A stretch of DNA of 64,000 nt from NCBI GenBank assembly GCA_031552315.1, contig JAVBMP010000031.1, positions 14,548-78,547 of the forward strand, given 5' to 3'. The notes beneath the pieces were generated by a model. It saw nothing but the letters and a program-made list of their open reading frames with translations. It did not search any database and was not told where the DNA came from. A program made the translations under genes and the position numbers. The stretch comes from Desulfovibrionaceae bacterium (GTDB lineage Bacteria; Desulfobacterota; Desulfovibrionia; Desulfovibrionales; Desulfovibrionaceae). Positions 36,763-45,548 of the stretch are shown here, piece after piece (position 1 is the stretch's first letter; each line of letters begins with the position of its first letter).

Positions 36763-37602
36763 ATGGCGCGTAAAAAAAAAGAAGCAGTGGCAGAAGGGAT
36801 GCCGGCCTGGCTGGTGACCTTTTCTGACCTTATGACCTTGCTGCTTACTTTTTTTGTGCTGTTGCTCAGCATGGCAACCATTGATGAAAGCCGCAAGCTG
36901 GTGGTGCTGGGTTCAGTCGCTTCCGCCTTTGAAAGTTCGCCCGGCAAGCTTTTTAACCCCAAAAGCACCCGCAATGCCCCCACAGGGTACGCGCCGGGGG
37001 CAATGTCGCCCGGCGATGCCAGCATGGAATCTTTGCGCGATGTTGTGTTTGATCTTAAAGACCAGGATGTGGATTTTCGCAGCAACAAGGTGGTAAGCAT
37101 AATTTCCATAGGCAGCGAGGTGCTTTTTCAGCCCGGCAGCGCGGTGCTTAGCAACAAGGGCAAATCTATCTTGAACCGCATTTACCCCTATGTTGAAAAT
37201 TTGCAATTCCCCATGCTGGTTGCCGGGCACAGCAGCGCGGCCAGAGAGGAAGAAGGCGGCAACTACCGCGTAACGCTTGGGGCCGCCACGGCGGATAGCA
37301 CCTGGATGGTGTCTTACGCGCGCAGCCTGGCCGTTTACCGGCATTACAAGGAACTTGGCCTTGATACTTCGCGCCTTTCCATGGAGGCCTTCGGGCAATA
37401 CAAGCCGGTTGCCGGCAACAACAGCGCGGAAGGGCGCAATAAAAACCGCCGGGTGGATCTGGTAATAGATACCCGCGACGCCGTGGCCGCCAAGCGCATT
37501 CAGCGGGAACGCGAGCCGGAACGCCTGCCCGGCAGCTACTACTTCAAGGAATTTCACTTTGACCTTGGCCTGCCGAAGCAAAGCGGCCAAAGGCAGCCCT
37601 GA
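36763..37602 (+). CDS. motB: Flagellar motor stator protein MotB (OmpA-like C-terminus)
   Basis: WLVTFSDLMTLLLTFFVLLLSMA (plug/TM region with the conserved Asp) and C-terminal EGRNKNRRVDLVI. Confidence 0.88.
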   Translation: MARKKKEAVAEGMPAWLVTFSDLMTLLLTFFVLLLSMATIDESRKLVVLGSVASAFESSPGKLFNPKSTRNAPTGYAPGAMSPGDASMESLRDVVFDLKDQDVDFRSNKVVSIISIGSEVLFQPGSAVLSNKGKSILNRIYPYVENLQFPMLVAGHSSAAREEEGGNYRVTLGAATADSTWMVSYARSLAVYRHYKELGLDTSRLSMEAFGQYKPVAGNNSAEGRNKNRRVDLVIDTRDAVAAKRIQREREPERLPGSYYFKEFHFDLGLPKQSGQRQP

Positions 37603-37604
37603 AC

Positions 37605-38342
37605 ATGGCAAGGCGCAAGAAAAAAAGCTCCGGCGGCGGGGGCGGGGACGGCTGGCTGGTTACATTTTCAGACCTTATGACCCTGCTGCTGACCTTTTTT
37701 GTGCTTCTTTTAAGCATGGCGTCCATGGATCAGGTCAAAATTACCCGCATGCGCGTGTTCAGCGGCGATACCGCTTCCATAGAAGCCAGTGGCCTTACCA
37801 AGGCCAGCGCCCGCATAGAACTGCTGGTAAAAGTAATAAACGACCCGGAATTGCTTAAGGAAAAACAAGACCTTATCAAAGACCTGCTTTTCCCGGATGA
37901 AGTGCTGCCCAAAGATGTTGAACGCAACCTGCTGGAAGAAAACCTGAAGGTGCTGGTCACAGAAGAAGGCGTAGCCATAATGCTTACGGAAAAACTGCTT
38001 TTTGAGCCAGGTTCCGCCATGCTCAGCCAAACGGCGCAAACCTTGCTGGAACAGGTGCTTGTCCTGCTGCTTTCCTGCAACACGGACGTCAATGTGTCTG
38101 GCTTCAGCGATGCGGAACATGATGTGCTGGAACAGGGCATGGACTATTATTCCCTTTCCGTTTTGCGCGGCAGAAGCGTGCTGGACTATTTTTTGGCCGG
38201 CCAAGTGCACCCGGACCGTTTTTCACTTGGCGGCTACGGCACGGACAGGCCCCTGAACACAGGCCCCAGCCCGGCGGATCACGCCCAAAACAGCCGGGTG
38301 GAGATTTTGCTGAAGACCACGCGCTGGGTGGGACAATATTAG
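37605..38342 (+). CDS. Second MotB-like stator subunit (OmpA-like C-terminus)
   Basis: Has the identical 23-aa WLVTFSDLMTLLLTFFVLLLSMA but is otherwise diverged. C-terminal NSRVEILL is present. Confidence 0.85.
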   Translation: MARRKKKSSGGGGGDGWLVTFSDLMTLLLTFFVLLLSMASMDQVKITRMRVFSGDTASIEASGLTKASARIELLVKVINDPELLKEKQDLIKDLLFPDEVLPKDVERNLLEENLKVLVTEEGVAIMLTEKLLFEPGSAMLSQTAQTLLEQVLVLLLSCNTDVNVSGFSDAEHDVLEQGMDYYSLSVLRGRSVLDYFLAGQVHPDRFSLGGYGTDRPLNTGPSPADHAQNSRVEILLKTTRWVGQY

Positions 38343-38495
38343 GACTGCTTTTGCAGGTGCTGTCCAGCCGGCGCCCATTCGTTATAATTGTTGTGCGCGC
38401 CGGGTAATAATGCTAAAATTATCCGGCAAGATAAGGATGAACTGAAAATACGCCGCGCGGGCCTTGCCCCGGCATCTGGATAAAAGGAGCGGAAC

Positions 38496-38993
38496 ATGGC
38501 GGATGATGTTATAGATGTGCCGAAAAAAAAGAGCAAACTGCCCCTGATTATTGCGATCATACTGATCTTGCTTCTGCTTGGGGCAGGCGGCGGGGCGGTG
38601 TGGTACTTTTTTCTGGCCCCCAAGGCTGACGCGCCGGAAGGGCAAAAAGCGGTCAAAGTGGAACAAAAGCAAGGCGGCGAAGATGCCCCCACAGGCTTTG
38701 TGGTTGACCTGCCAACCTTTTTGGTAAACCTTTCAGACCCGTTGGGAAAACGCTTCATCAAGGTAAGCATGACGCTTGAAATGAGTTCGGAATCCGCCAT
38801 ACATGAAGTAAACTCCAGTATGCCCCGTATCCGTGACGCCATGATAATGCTGCTAAGCAGTAAAACCTATGCGGAATTAAGCCCGGTTGAAGGTAAAATT
38901 GTCCTGAAAAATGAAATTCTTGCGCGGCTTAACCAAATTTTGGGCGGGCCAAAGGTAAAGCGCATTTCTTTTACAGATTTTATAATTCAATAA
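38496..38993 (+). CDS. fliL: Flagellar basal body-associated protein FliL
   Basis: One TM helix, then FLVNLSDPLGKRFIKVSMTLEMSS...IRDAMIMLLSSKTYAEL. Confidence 0.9.
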   Translation: MADDVIDVPKKKSKLPLIIAIILILLLLGAGGGAVWYFFLAPKADAPEGQKAVKVEQKQGGEDAPTGFVVDLPTFLVNLSDPLGKRFIKVSMTLEMSSESAIHEVNSSMPRIRDAMIMLLSSKTYAELSPVEGKIVLKNEILARLNQILGGPKVKRISFTDFIIQ

Positions 38994-39027
38994 GGCCGCC
39001 TCTATCTGATGCCTTAAGGAGTTTTGT

Positions 39028-39537
39028 ATGACGGAACTGGATCAAGACGAACTTGCCGCCCAATGGGCCGCCACCCTGGAAGCGGAAGAAGGACAAAAGG
39101 CCGCGCCGAAAAAAAGCAAGGAAGAAGAATTGGCCGAAGAATGGGCCAAAGCCCTTGCGGCGGACGAGCAGGCCGACATAAAAAAGGAAAAAAGCCGTAA
39201 CGCCCTGGCCGCTCAGGCCCGGGAAGCCAACTTCAAGGACCTTACGGATGAAGCCAAGGCCCCGCGGGATTCCGTGCGGCGTGAACTTGACTTCATTTTG
39301 GACATTCCGCTGGATGTTTCGGCGGAACTTGGCCGGGCCCGCCTTTTGATAAATGAACTGTTGCAGCTGGGCCAAGGATCCGTGGTGGAACTGAACAAGC
39401 TGGCGGGTGAACCGCTGGAAGTTTTTGTGAACGGCAAATTGATAGCGCGTGGCGAAGCCGTGGTAATTAACGAAAAATTCGGGGTGCGCCTTACAGATAT
39501 CATAAGCCCCATTGAAAGGGTGAAGCAGCTTGGCTAG
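39028..39537 (+). CDS. fliN: Flagellar motor switch protein FliN
   Basis: C-terminal SpoA domain LDIPLDVSAELGRARLLINELLQLGQGSVVELNKLAGEPLEVFVNGKLIARGEAVVINEKFGVRLTDI. Confidence 0.93.
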   Translation: MTELDQDELAAQWAATLEAEEGQKAAPKKSKEEELAEEWAKALAADEQADIKKEKSRNALAAQAREANFKDLTDEAKAPRDSVRRELDFILDIPLDVSAELGRARLLINELLQLGQGSVVELNKLAGEPLEVFVNGKLIARGEAVVINEKFGVRLTDIISPIERVKQLG

Positions 39538-40309
39538 GCAACTTCACACCGGGCCAGTCCGGTCATTACCGGCGGCAGGCGCGGCCCTGCCCGCGCCTTG
39601 CCCACTGCCCGCGTCTTGCCCACTGCCGGCGGCGCACGGCCCGCGCAGGACATTTTTGCGCTTTGGCCCCGCCCGCCGTTGCGCGGCCCTGGCCTTGTGG
39701 CTTGGGCTTGCAACCTTTATGCCCGCTTACGGCATGCCCGGCATGGCTCGGGCGGCGGAAGGCCCGGCCTATTCCGGCGCTGCCGCGCCGTTGCCCGTGC
39801 CGCCCCGCGCCGTTCCGGCCCCCGGCATACCGCCCCAGATAGGGGCGCAAGCGCAGCAACCGGCAGGGACGTTCATGGCCCCGGCCGCCAGTCAGGGCGT
39901 GGCCCAAAATTCTGGTCAGGATATTTCTTCGGCGAATTACAGCCAAAACGCTTCAGACCTTGCCCCCGGCCGGGTGGATACCCCAACGGTGGAAAAGGCC
40001 CCCGCTTCCAGCCGCGCCAGTTCTTCCGCATATTCATGGGGCACCTATTTTTGGGGCGTGGGTCTGGTGTGTTTTTTGCTGGCCCTGCTTTGGCTGTTGC
40101 TGCATTTTTTGCGGCGGCGCGGCCTTGGCGGCATGGGGCGGCAAAACCTGCTTAACCTTGAAGCCCGCCTTAGCATGGGCAAAAACCAGCACCTTGTTGT
40201 GGTGAATTTTGCTGGTAAACGCCTGTTGCTTGGGGTGACGGAACATAATATCAGCGCGCTGGGCGAAGCCCCGGCGGAAAATTTTAGTGCGGGAACAAAC
40301 CATGCCTGA
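39530..40309 (+). CDS. fliO: Flagellar biosynthesis protein FliO with a long low-complexity N-terminal region
   Basis: TM helix YFWGVGLVCFLLALLWLLLHFL, then LSMGKNQHLVVVNFAGKRLLLGVTEHNISAL. It sits between fliN and fliP. The TTG start at 39530 is uncertain. Confidence 0.7.
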   Translation: MARQLHTGPVRSLPAAGAALPAPCPLPASCPLPAAHGPRRTFLRFGPARRCAALALWLGLATFMPAYGMPGMARAAEGPAYSGAAAPLPVPPRAVPAPGIPPQIGAQAQQPAGTFMAPAASQGVAQNSGQDISSANYSQNASDLAPGRVDTPTVEKAPASSRASSSAYSWGTYFWGVGLVCFLLALLWLLLHFLRRRGLGGMGRQNLLNLEARLSMGKNQHLVVVNFAGKRLLLGVTEHNISALGEAPAENFSAGTNHA

Positions 40310-41249
40310 CCAGCCTGCTTCCGTATTTTCCCGGCTTGCCGCCGCTTTTGGGGGCGGCATTTCCGCGCCCCGCAAGCGCGGCTTGCCCCTGCGCGTTTTG
40401 CCCGCGGACAACAGACCTGTGAACAACAGACCTGTGAACAACCGGCCAGCGCGCGATTGGCTTGCCAGCGTTTTGCCTGTGCGCGGCTTGCCCCTGCTTT
40501 GCCTGTTCGGCCTTGCCTTTTGCGGCCTGGCCTTTTTAGGGATGCCGGATCTGGCCCGGGCGGCGCAAGATGTCAGCATGCCCTCGCTGCAACTTTCCAT
40601 GGGGGATGGCACGGAACCGGAAAAGGTTTCCCTGTTGCTGGAAATTCTTTTTCTGCTTACCGTGCTTTCCTTGGCCCCGGCCATTATTTTGATGTCCACC
40701 AGCTTTACGCGCATTATCATTGTGTTCCACTTTGTGCGCCAGGCCCTTGGGGTGCAGCAGGTGCCGCCCAACCAGGTGCTGGCCGCGTTGGCCATTTTTA
40801 TGACCGTGGCCATTATGATGCCCGTGGGGCTGCGCGTGAATGAACAGGCCCTGCAACCTTATCTTGATGAAAAAATAACCCTTACAGAGGCCATAAAGCA
40901 GGCGGAAAGCCCCATACGGGAATTTCTTTTCAAACACACGCGGGAAAAGGATCTTTCCATCTTTTATTCCATAACCAAGATGGAACGCCCCAAAACCCGC
41001 GATGAAGTGCCCACCAGCATGCTGGTTTGCGGCTTCATGATAAGCGAGCTTAAAACGGCTTTTACCATAGGCTTTTTGATTTACATACCATTTTTGGTGC
41101 TGGACATGGTTATTTCCAGCATACTGCTGGCAATGGGCATGATGATGCTGCCGCCCATGATGGTTTCCATGCCGTTCAAATTATTGCTTTTTGTAATGGT
41201 GGATGGGTGGAACTTGTTGGTAGGGACATTGGTGAACAGCTTTGCCTGA
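40302..41249 (+). CDS. fliP: Flagellar type III export protein FliP
   Basis: LLLEILFLLTVLSLAPAIILMSTSFTRIIIVFHFVRQALG and GFLIYIPFLVLDMVISSILLAMGMMMLPP. Confidence 0.95.
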   Translation: MPDQPASVFSRLAAAFGGGISAPRKRGLPLRVLPADNRPVNNRPVNNRPARDWLASVLPVRGLPLLCLFGLAFCGLAFLGMPDLARAAQDVSMPSLQLSMGDGTEPEKVSLLLEILFLLTVLSLAPAIILMSTSFTRIIIVFHFVRQALGVQQVPPNQVLAALAIFMTVAIMMPVGLRVNEQALQPYLDEKITLTEAIKQAESPIREFLFKHTREKDLSIFYSITKMERPKTRDEVPTSMLVCGFMISELKTAFTIGFLIYIPFLVLDMVISSILLAMGMMMLPPMMVSMPFKLLLFVMVDGWNLLVGTLVNSFA

Positions 41250-41254
41250 CGACA

Positions 41255-41387
41255 CTAGAGTGGTTTACGCTTGAAATAGTCGCTTAACGGCGAGCAAAGC
41301 TCGCCTACGACTATTCCGCAGCAAGGATTTGAAGACAAATCCTTGCTGAGCAATTCACTCATTTCAATCGTAAATTGCTCTATCTAG
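41255..41387 (+). repeat. ~127-bp MITE-like structured repeat, copy A (between fliP and fliQ)
   Basis: ctagagtggtttacgcttgaaatagtcgcttaacggcgagcaaagctcgcctacgactatt...caaggatttgaagacaaatccttg...atttcaatcgtaaattgctct. Terminal inverted repeats and three internal hairpins are visible. Confidence 0.9.
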
Positions 41388-41408
41388 AACTTGCGACAGG
41401 GTGGGCAC

Positions 41409-41678
41409 ATGACGCCGGATGATGTAATAGGTTTTGCGCGCCAGGCCATAGAACTGGCCCTTTCAGTCTCTTTGCCCATGCTTGGCGTGGGGCTGGTGGT
41501 TGGCCTTGCGGTAAGCATAATTCAGGCTGCCACGCAAATTCAGGAAACAACGCTTTCTTTTATTCCCAAAATTGTTTCCATGTTTTTGGCCCTGCTTTTT
41601 GCCTTCCCATGGATAATGGACAAGGTTATTACCTTCACGCGCAATGTATTTTTGGATATTCCAAAATATTTGAATTAA
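41409..41678 (+). CDS. fliQ: Flagellar type III export protein FliQ
   Basis: MTPDDVIGFARQAIELALSVSLPMLGVGLVVGLAVSIIQAATQIQETTLSFIPK. Confidence 0.93.
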   Translation: MTPDDVIGFARQAIELALSVSLPMLGVGLVVGLAVSIIQAATQIQETTLSFIPKIVSMFLALLFAFPWIMDKVITFTRNVFLDIPKYLN

Positions 41679-41688
41679 ATAAAAGCGA

Positions 41689-42543
41689 TTACACAGTCGC
41701 GCAGTTGTCTTGAAACTCCAGCCGGATGGGCTGGCGGTTCACAAAAACCAGGCTGGACGTGTAGCCGAAGGATCTGGCGTAGGCTTCCAGCTGGTCAAAG
41801 GCAAAGGCCACGTCTTCGGTGTTGTGGGCGTCGGATGAAAGGACAACGGGCAGGCCCAAGGCGGCGGCGGCGCGCATTATTTCCGGGCCGGGGTAAATTT
41901 CCCGGCAGGGCTTGCGCAGCCCGGCGGAAGATATTTCCAGGGCGGTGTTGCTGGCCTTCATGGCTTCAAGCGCGGCCCGCACCCGGTTTTGCGCGGCGCT
42001 TTGCCCCAGCCAGCGGGTAAAAACTTCCCGGCTGAAAATTTTGATCAGGTCAGGGTGGGCCGCTATGTTAAAAAGCCCGGTGGCGCACATGGTGGCCATG
42101 TCCTGATAATATTTGTCATAAATGGCGAAGCATTCGCTTTCACTACGGCCCTGCCAGTCTTCCGGCGCAAAATCAAACCCCCATACCTGCTGAAAGTGCA
42201 GCCCGCCTATAACGTAGTCAAAAGGGTAGGCGTTGCAAAGTTCACGCGCGAATGCCAGCTCCGCCGGGAAAAAGTCCAGTTCCATGCCCAGCAGGGGGGT
42301 GGGCGCTTCCGCCTTTTGGGGCCGGGCGGCCTTCAGGGCCAGCACTTCACGCACATAGGCCGCAAAACCGGGGGCCAGCTTTTCCTGATAATCTTCCGGG
42401 TAGCTGTAGCCGGCCGGGCGGGGGGAATGTTCAGAAAAACCAAAAAATTTCAGGCCTTTTTTTTGGGCGGCCGCAAACATTTCCGCCACGCTGTTTTTGG
42501 CGTGCGAATGGCTGGTGTGGGTGTGTAAATCTGCTTGCAGCAT
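41689..42543 (-). CDS. PHP-family histidinol-phosphatase (HisJ/HisK type)
   Basis: MLQADLHTHTSHSHAKNS...GFSEHSP...IGGLHF...VLSSDAHN. Confidence 0.85.
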   Translation of the reverse strand: MLQADLHTHTSHSHAKNSVAEMFAAAQKKGLKFFGFSEHSPRPAGYSYPEDYQEKLAPGFAAYVREVLALKAARPQKAEAPTPLLGMELDFFPAELAFARELCNAYPFDYVIGGLHFQQVWGFDFAPEDWQGRSESECFAIYDKYYQDMATMCATGLFNIAAHPDLIKIFSREVFTRWLGQSAAQNRVRAALEAMKASNTALEISSAGLRKPCREIYPGPEIMRAAAALGLPVVLSSDAHNTEDVAFAFDQLEAYARSFGYTSSLVFVNRQPIRLEFQDNCATV

Positions 42544-42562
42544 GGTACTTCAGCTTTTTATT

Positions 42563-42719
42563 TGAGACTATTGCACAATGAGAATTTTTGTTCTTTTACA
42601 AGGAGTGCCCCTTATCGCATAGGGCGTGCGGAGGGAGTATATTCAAACAGATATGACCTTCGCGCGGGACGAAGCACGACGCAGTAAAAGGGCAAAAAGG
42701 CCATTGTGCAATAGTCTCA
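42563..42719. mobile_element. 157-bp palindromic element with perfect 18-bp terminal inverted repeats; long member of the small-element family
   Basis: tgagactattgcacaatg (42563-80) pairs with cattgtgcaatagtctca (42702-19). On the reverse strand its ends match the short copies at 22503 and 33911. The right TIR overlaps the comFB stop. Confidence 0.75.
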
Positions 42720-43007
42720 TTTGGGGTTGCTTCTTATAACCTTGAAAGCCTCTTCAACAACTGCGCGTATCATTTCTTTTTTTACCGGGTCGCGCAAAAC
42801 TATGGTGCCAAGCTGGGCGTAGCGGGCGGGCAGGCGGTTCAGCGCGTAGGCGTAAATATCGTAAAGTTCTTCCTCGCTATAGGCAACTTCGCCGTTTTCT
42901 TGAGAAATGATGCTGTTCATCTCTTCAATTACGCGCACCTCGTTACGGTTTCTTACGCTGTAAAGGTTTACGCCCTGAAGCTGGTAATTTTGCCATTCCG
43001 GTTTCAT
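42717..43007 (-). CDS. ComFB-family protein
   Basis: 96 aa. VRNRNEVRVIEEMNSII...LYDIYAYALNRLPARYAQ fits the ComFB pattern. Confidence 0.75.
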   Translation of the reverse strand: MKPEWQNYQLQGVNLYSVRNRNEVRVIEEMNSIISQENGEVAYSEEELYDIYAYALNRLPARYAQLGTIVLRDPVKKEMIRAVVEEAFKVIRSNPK

Positions 43008-43237
43008 ATGTGCTCCTGCGGGGGTTCTTGTTTTACTTGGGCTTTTCCGCTATAGATCTGAAGGAAAGACGCATCGCGAAATATCGCGGTGTTTTCGCGG
43101 ACAAAGGGCCTTGCCGGCCCAGTGGCGTGTCCGGGCGGCCCCGTGGCTGGACCCCTGGATGGCCTCTGGCGGATGGCTTCTGGCGGGTGGCAGAACCCCT
43201 TCGCCCGCGCAAGCGCCGCGCAAACCTGAATGAGTAT

Positions 43238-45463
43238 ATGGAAGTTTTAAATAAAATACAAGAAAGACGTATGGTGCTGGCCGCATCTGTTTCCATTGTG
43301 GTCATAGGCATCAGCCTGATTTTGTTCACATGGCAAATTTTGCGCCGTCAGGATGAAGCGGCGGAACAGCATTTGCTGCTAAGCGCAAAATCGGTCTTTG
43401 ATACGCTTGAAAGCGTGCTGCGCCGCAACCGCCGCCATACGGAAGACAGCAGTTTTGTGCCGCAAATTCAAAATATATTCAAAGAACTTGAAGCCAGCGG
43501 CGATGTGGTGTTTGTGGGCCTTATCGCCCCGCACGGCGGCAGCATGGTGCTGGCCGCGTCCGGCGGCATGGGCGATATTCACCTGCCCCCGGACGCTTTG
43601 AAGCAGCTTGTCACCAAAAATGAATGGTCTGGCCGCTTGCGCCAGGGCGGGCGGGATCTTTTTATCTATTCCCGTCAGGTTTACTGGCGCGGCCGCATGG
43701 GGGATGAAGGGCACATGCGGGGCGAAGGGCATATGCGGGGCCGGGCCATGCCGCAGGAAGGCATTGGCCGGCCGGAAGGCGGCCCGGCGCCAAACGGCGG
43801 GCCGGGGCCCAATGAAAGCTCGGGGCGAAACGGCAACCCGGCAGAAGGCGGCGCGCCTGCCCCAAATGGCGGCGGCCCCGGCAACCCGAGTGGCGCATTT
43901 CAAGATGCCGGGCCGTTGCGTCAGGCCTTGCCGCGCATGCCGTCCTTTGGCAACCGCCTGCCGCCCTGGGGGAATTGGGGGCGTGACGGGCTGGAAAGGC
44001 CGGGGGCGGAACTGAACAACCTGGTGGAACTGCCGGTTTTTCTGGTGGTGGGCATCAATGTGGAAAAGCATCAGGCTGTGTATAACGGCGTGAAAAAAAA
44101 CGCTATTTTCCAGACTGTCTATATTTTGCTGGCGGCCATTTTCATTTGGGGGCTTTCCATAAGTTTCATAGCGCGGCGCGACCTTGCGGGCAAGGCGGCG
44201 GAACTGGAACGCTTTCAGGCCGGGCTGCTGGACAACCTGCCGGACGGCCTGCTGGCGGTTGACCATGAAGGCATGATCTATTCCGCCAACCCCGTGGTGC
44301 ATACCATATTGAACGTGCCGCCGGGCGGGCTGGTGGGGCGGCCGGTTACCGCGTTGCCCCCGGCCCTGCAAGAACTTGTTCCGGCCCAGGAAGACATGAA
44401 GGCCCTGCCTTTGCGGCGCAAGTTGCCCTTTGGCGCGGCGCAGCTGGAAATTATTTGTTCTTCCTTCAAAGAAAAGGCGGATGACCTTTCCCTGTTGCTG
44501 ATTATCCGCGACCGCACCAAGGAACACAATTTGGAAAAAAGCCTGGCAGAGGCGGAAAAGCTGGCTGCCGTAGGCACGCTGGCCGCCGGTGTGGCGCATG
44601 AAATACGCAACCCGCTAAGCGCCTTGCGCGGTTTTGCGCAGTATTTCGCCAAAAAGCTGGCCGGGCAAAAACCGGAAGAAACCTACGCCCAAAGCATGGT
44701 GAAAGAGGCGGACCGCCTGAACCAGGTCATTACAGACCTGCTTTACCTTTCCCATTCCAAAAAGCTTGATCTGCGCCGTCTTGACCTGGCCTCGCTGGTT
44801 TCGGATCTGGCCGGGTTGCTGCAACTTGACCTGGCCGCGCAAAAAATTGAACTGCGGCTTGATTTGCGCTGTTCCAGCATGGTAGGGGATGAAAAATCGC
44901 TGAAGCAGAGCCTGCTGAACCTGCTGCTGAATAGTCAGGACGCGTTGGGGCAAGACGCTTTGTGGCAAGACGCGTTGGGGCAGGACTCTTTGGGGCAGAA
45001 TGCGTCAGAACAGGGCGCTCCGGGGCAGGACGGCCCGGCAAAGAACGCGCCGGGCGGGGCCAGGGCGGAAGGGCGGGCCATAACCGTGCGCAGTTATGAG
45101 GACAACGGCGGCATTTGCCTTGAAGTGGAAGACAACGGCCCCGGCATGACCCAGGCGCATATCAAGCAGGCCTTTGAACCGTTTTTCACCACTAAAGACA
45201 AGGGCACCGGGCTTGGTCTGGCCCTGGTATACAAAACCATGCGCGAGCACGGCGGAAGTTGTGAGATAATTTCGCCGCCGGTTCATGCCTGGGGGCAAAA
45301 TGTCGGGCAAGCGCCTGAAGGTGCGAGGCAAGTCGGGCCGGGACAAGTCGGGCCGGGACAATCCGGGCCGGTGCAAGCCGGGGCGCGGGGGCGCGGCCTG
45401 TGCGTGCGGCTGTGGTTTCCCCTGTTGCAAGAAAATGATGAAGCTGATGCGGGAATTGTGTAA
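43238..45463 (+). CDS. Membrane sensor histidine kinase (NtrB/AtoS-like) with low-complexity inserts
   Basis: TM helix LAASVSIVVIGISLILF, a PAS region, H-box LAAGVAHEIRNPLSALRGFAQY, N-box LLNLLLNSQDAL, and G-boxes VEDNGPGM and GTGLGLALV. The ATG at 43238 is preferred to the ORF start at 43010. Confidence 0.88.
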   Translation: MEVLNKIQERRMVLAASVSIVVIGISLILFTWQILRRQDEAAEQHLLLSAKSVFDTLESVLRRNRRHTEDSSFVPQIQNIFKELEASGDVVFVGLIAPHGGSMVLAASGGMGDIHLPPDALKQLVTKNEWSGRLRQGGRDLFIYSRQVYWRGRMGDEGHMRGEGHMRGRAMPQEGIGRPEGGPAPNGGPGPNESSGRNGNPAEGGAPAPNGGGPGNPSGAFQDAGPLRQALPRMPSFGNRLPPWGNWGRDGLERPGAELNNLVELPVFLVVGINVEKHQAVYNGVKKNAIFQTVYILLAAIFIWGLSISFIARRDLAGKAAELERFQAGLLDNLPDGLLAVDHEGMIYSANPVVHTILNVPPGGLVGRPVTALPPALQELVPAQEDMKALPLRRKLPFGAAQLEIICSSFKEKADDLSLLLIIRDRTKEHNLEKSLAEAEKLAAVGTLAAGVAHEIRNPLSALRGFAQYFAKKLAGQKPEETYAQSMVKEADRLNQVITDLLYLSHSKKLDLRRLDLASLVSDLAGLLQLDLAAQKIELRLDLRCSSMVGDEKSLKQSLLNLLLNSQDALGQDALWQDALGQDSLGQNASEQGAPGQDGPAKNAPGGARAEGRAITVRSYEDNGGICLEVEDNGPGMTQAHIKQAFEPFFTTKDKGTGLGLALVYKTMREHGGSCEIISPPVHAWGQNVGQAPEGARQVGPGQVGPGQSGPVQAGARGRGLCVRLWFPLLQENDEADAGIV

Positions 45464-45548
45464 TTTTCACCCCAATATAATTTATTTCAGGCGTGGCGCC
45501 ATTCCGGCGTAGCGCGGGCAAGGCCTTATTCCGCCAAGGATTTACAGA

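Noticed and set aside
35960-38342. MotA/MotB-like genes as a Zorya-type defence module
   Set aside because: MotA is the ordinary 251-aa size and lacks the long ZorA tail. The genes are followed directly by fliL-fliN-fliO-fliP-fliQ, and no ZorC/ZorD-like genes are present. This is a flagellar stator.
38342-38356. Sigma-54-like motif taGGactgcttTTGCa upstream of fliL
   Set aside because: The GG to GC distance is 11 nt rather than the invariant 12, and the -24 element is a poor match. The similar weak candidates at 48100 (spacing 10) and 19495 (poor -24/-12 match) were rejected for comparable reasons.
21061-42612. Shared 15-mer ttacaaggagtgccc at 21064 and 42597 as a regulatory motif
   Set aside because: By my rough estimate several chance 15-mer matches are expected in a 64-kb window searched on both strands. 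One copy is simply the SD region of the GT92 gene.
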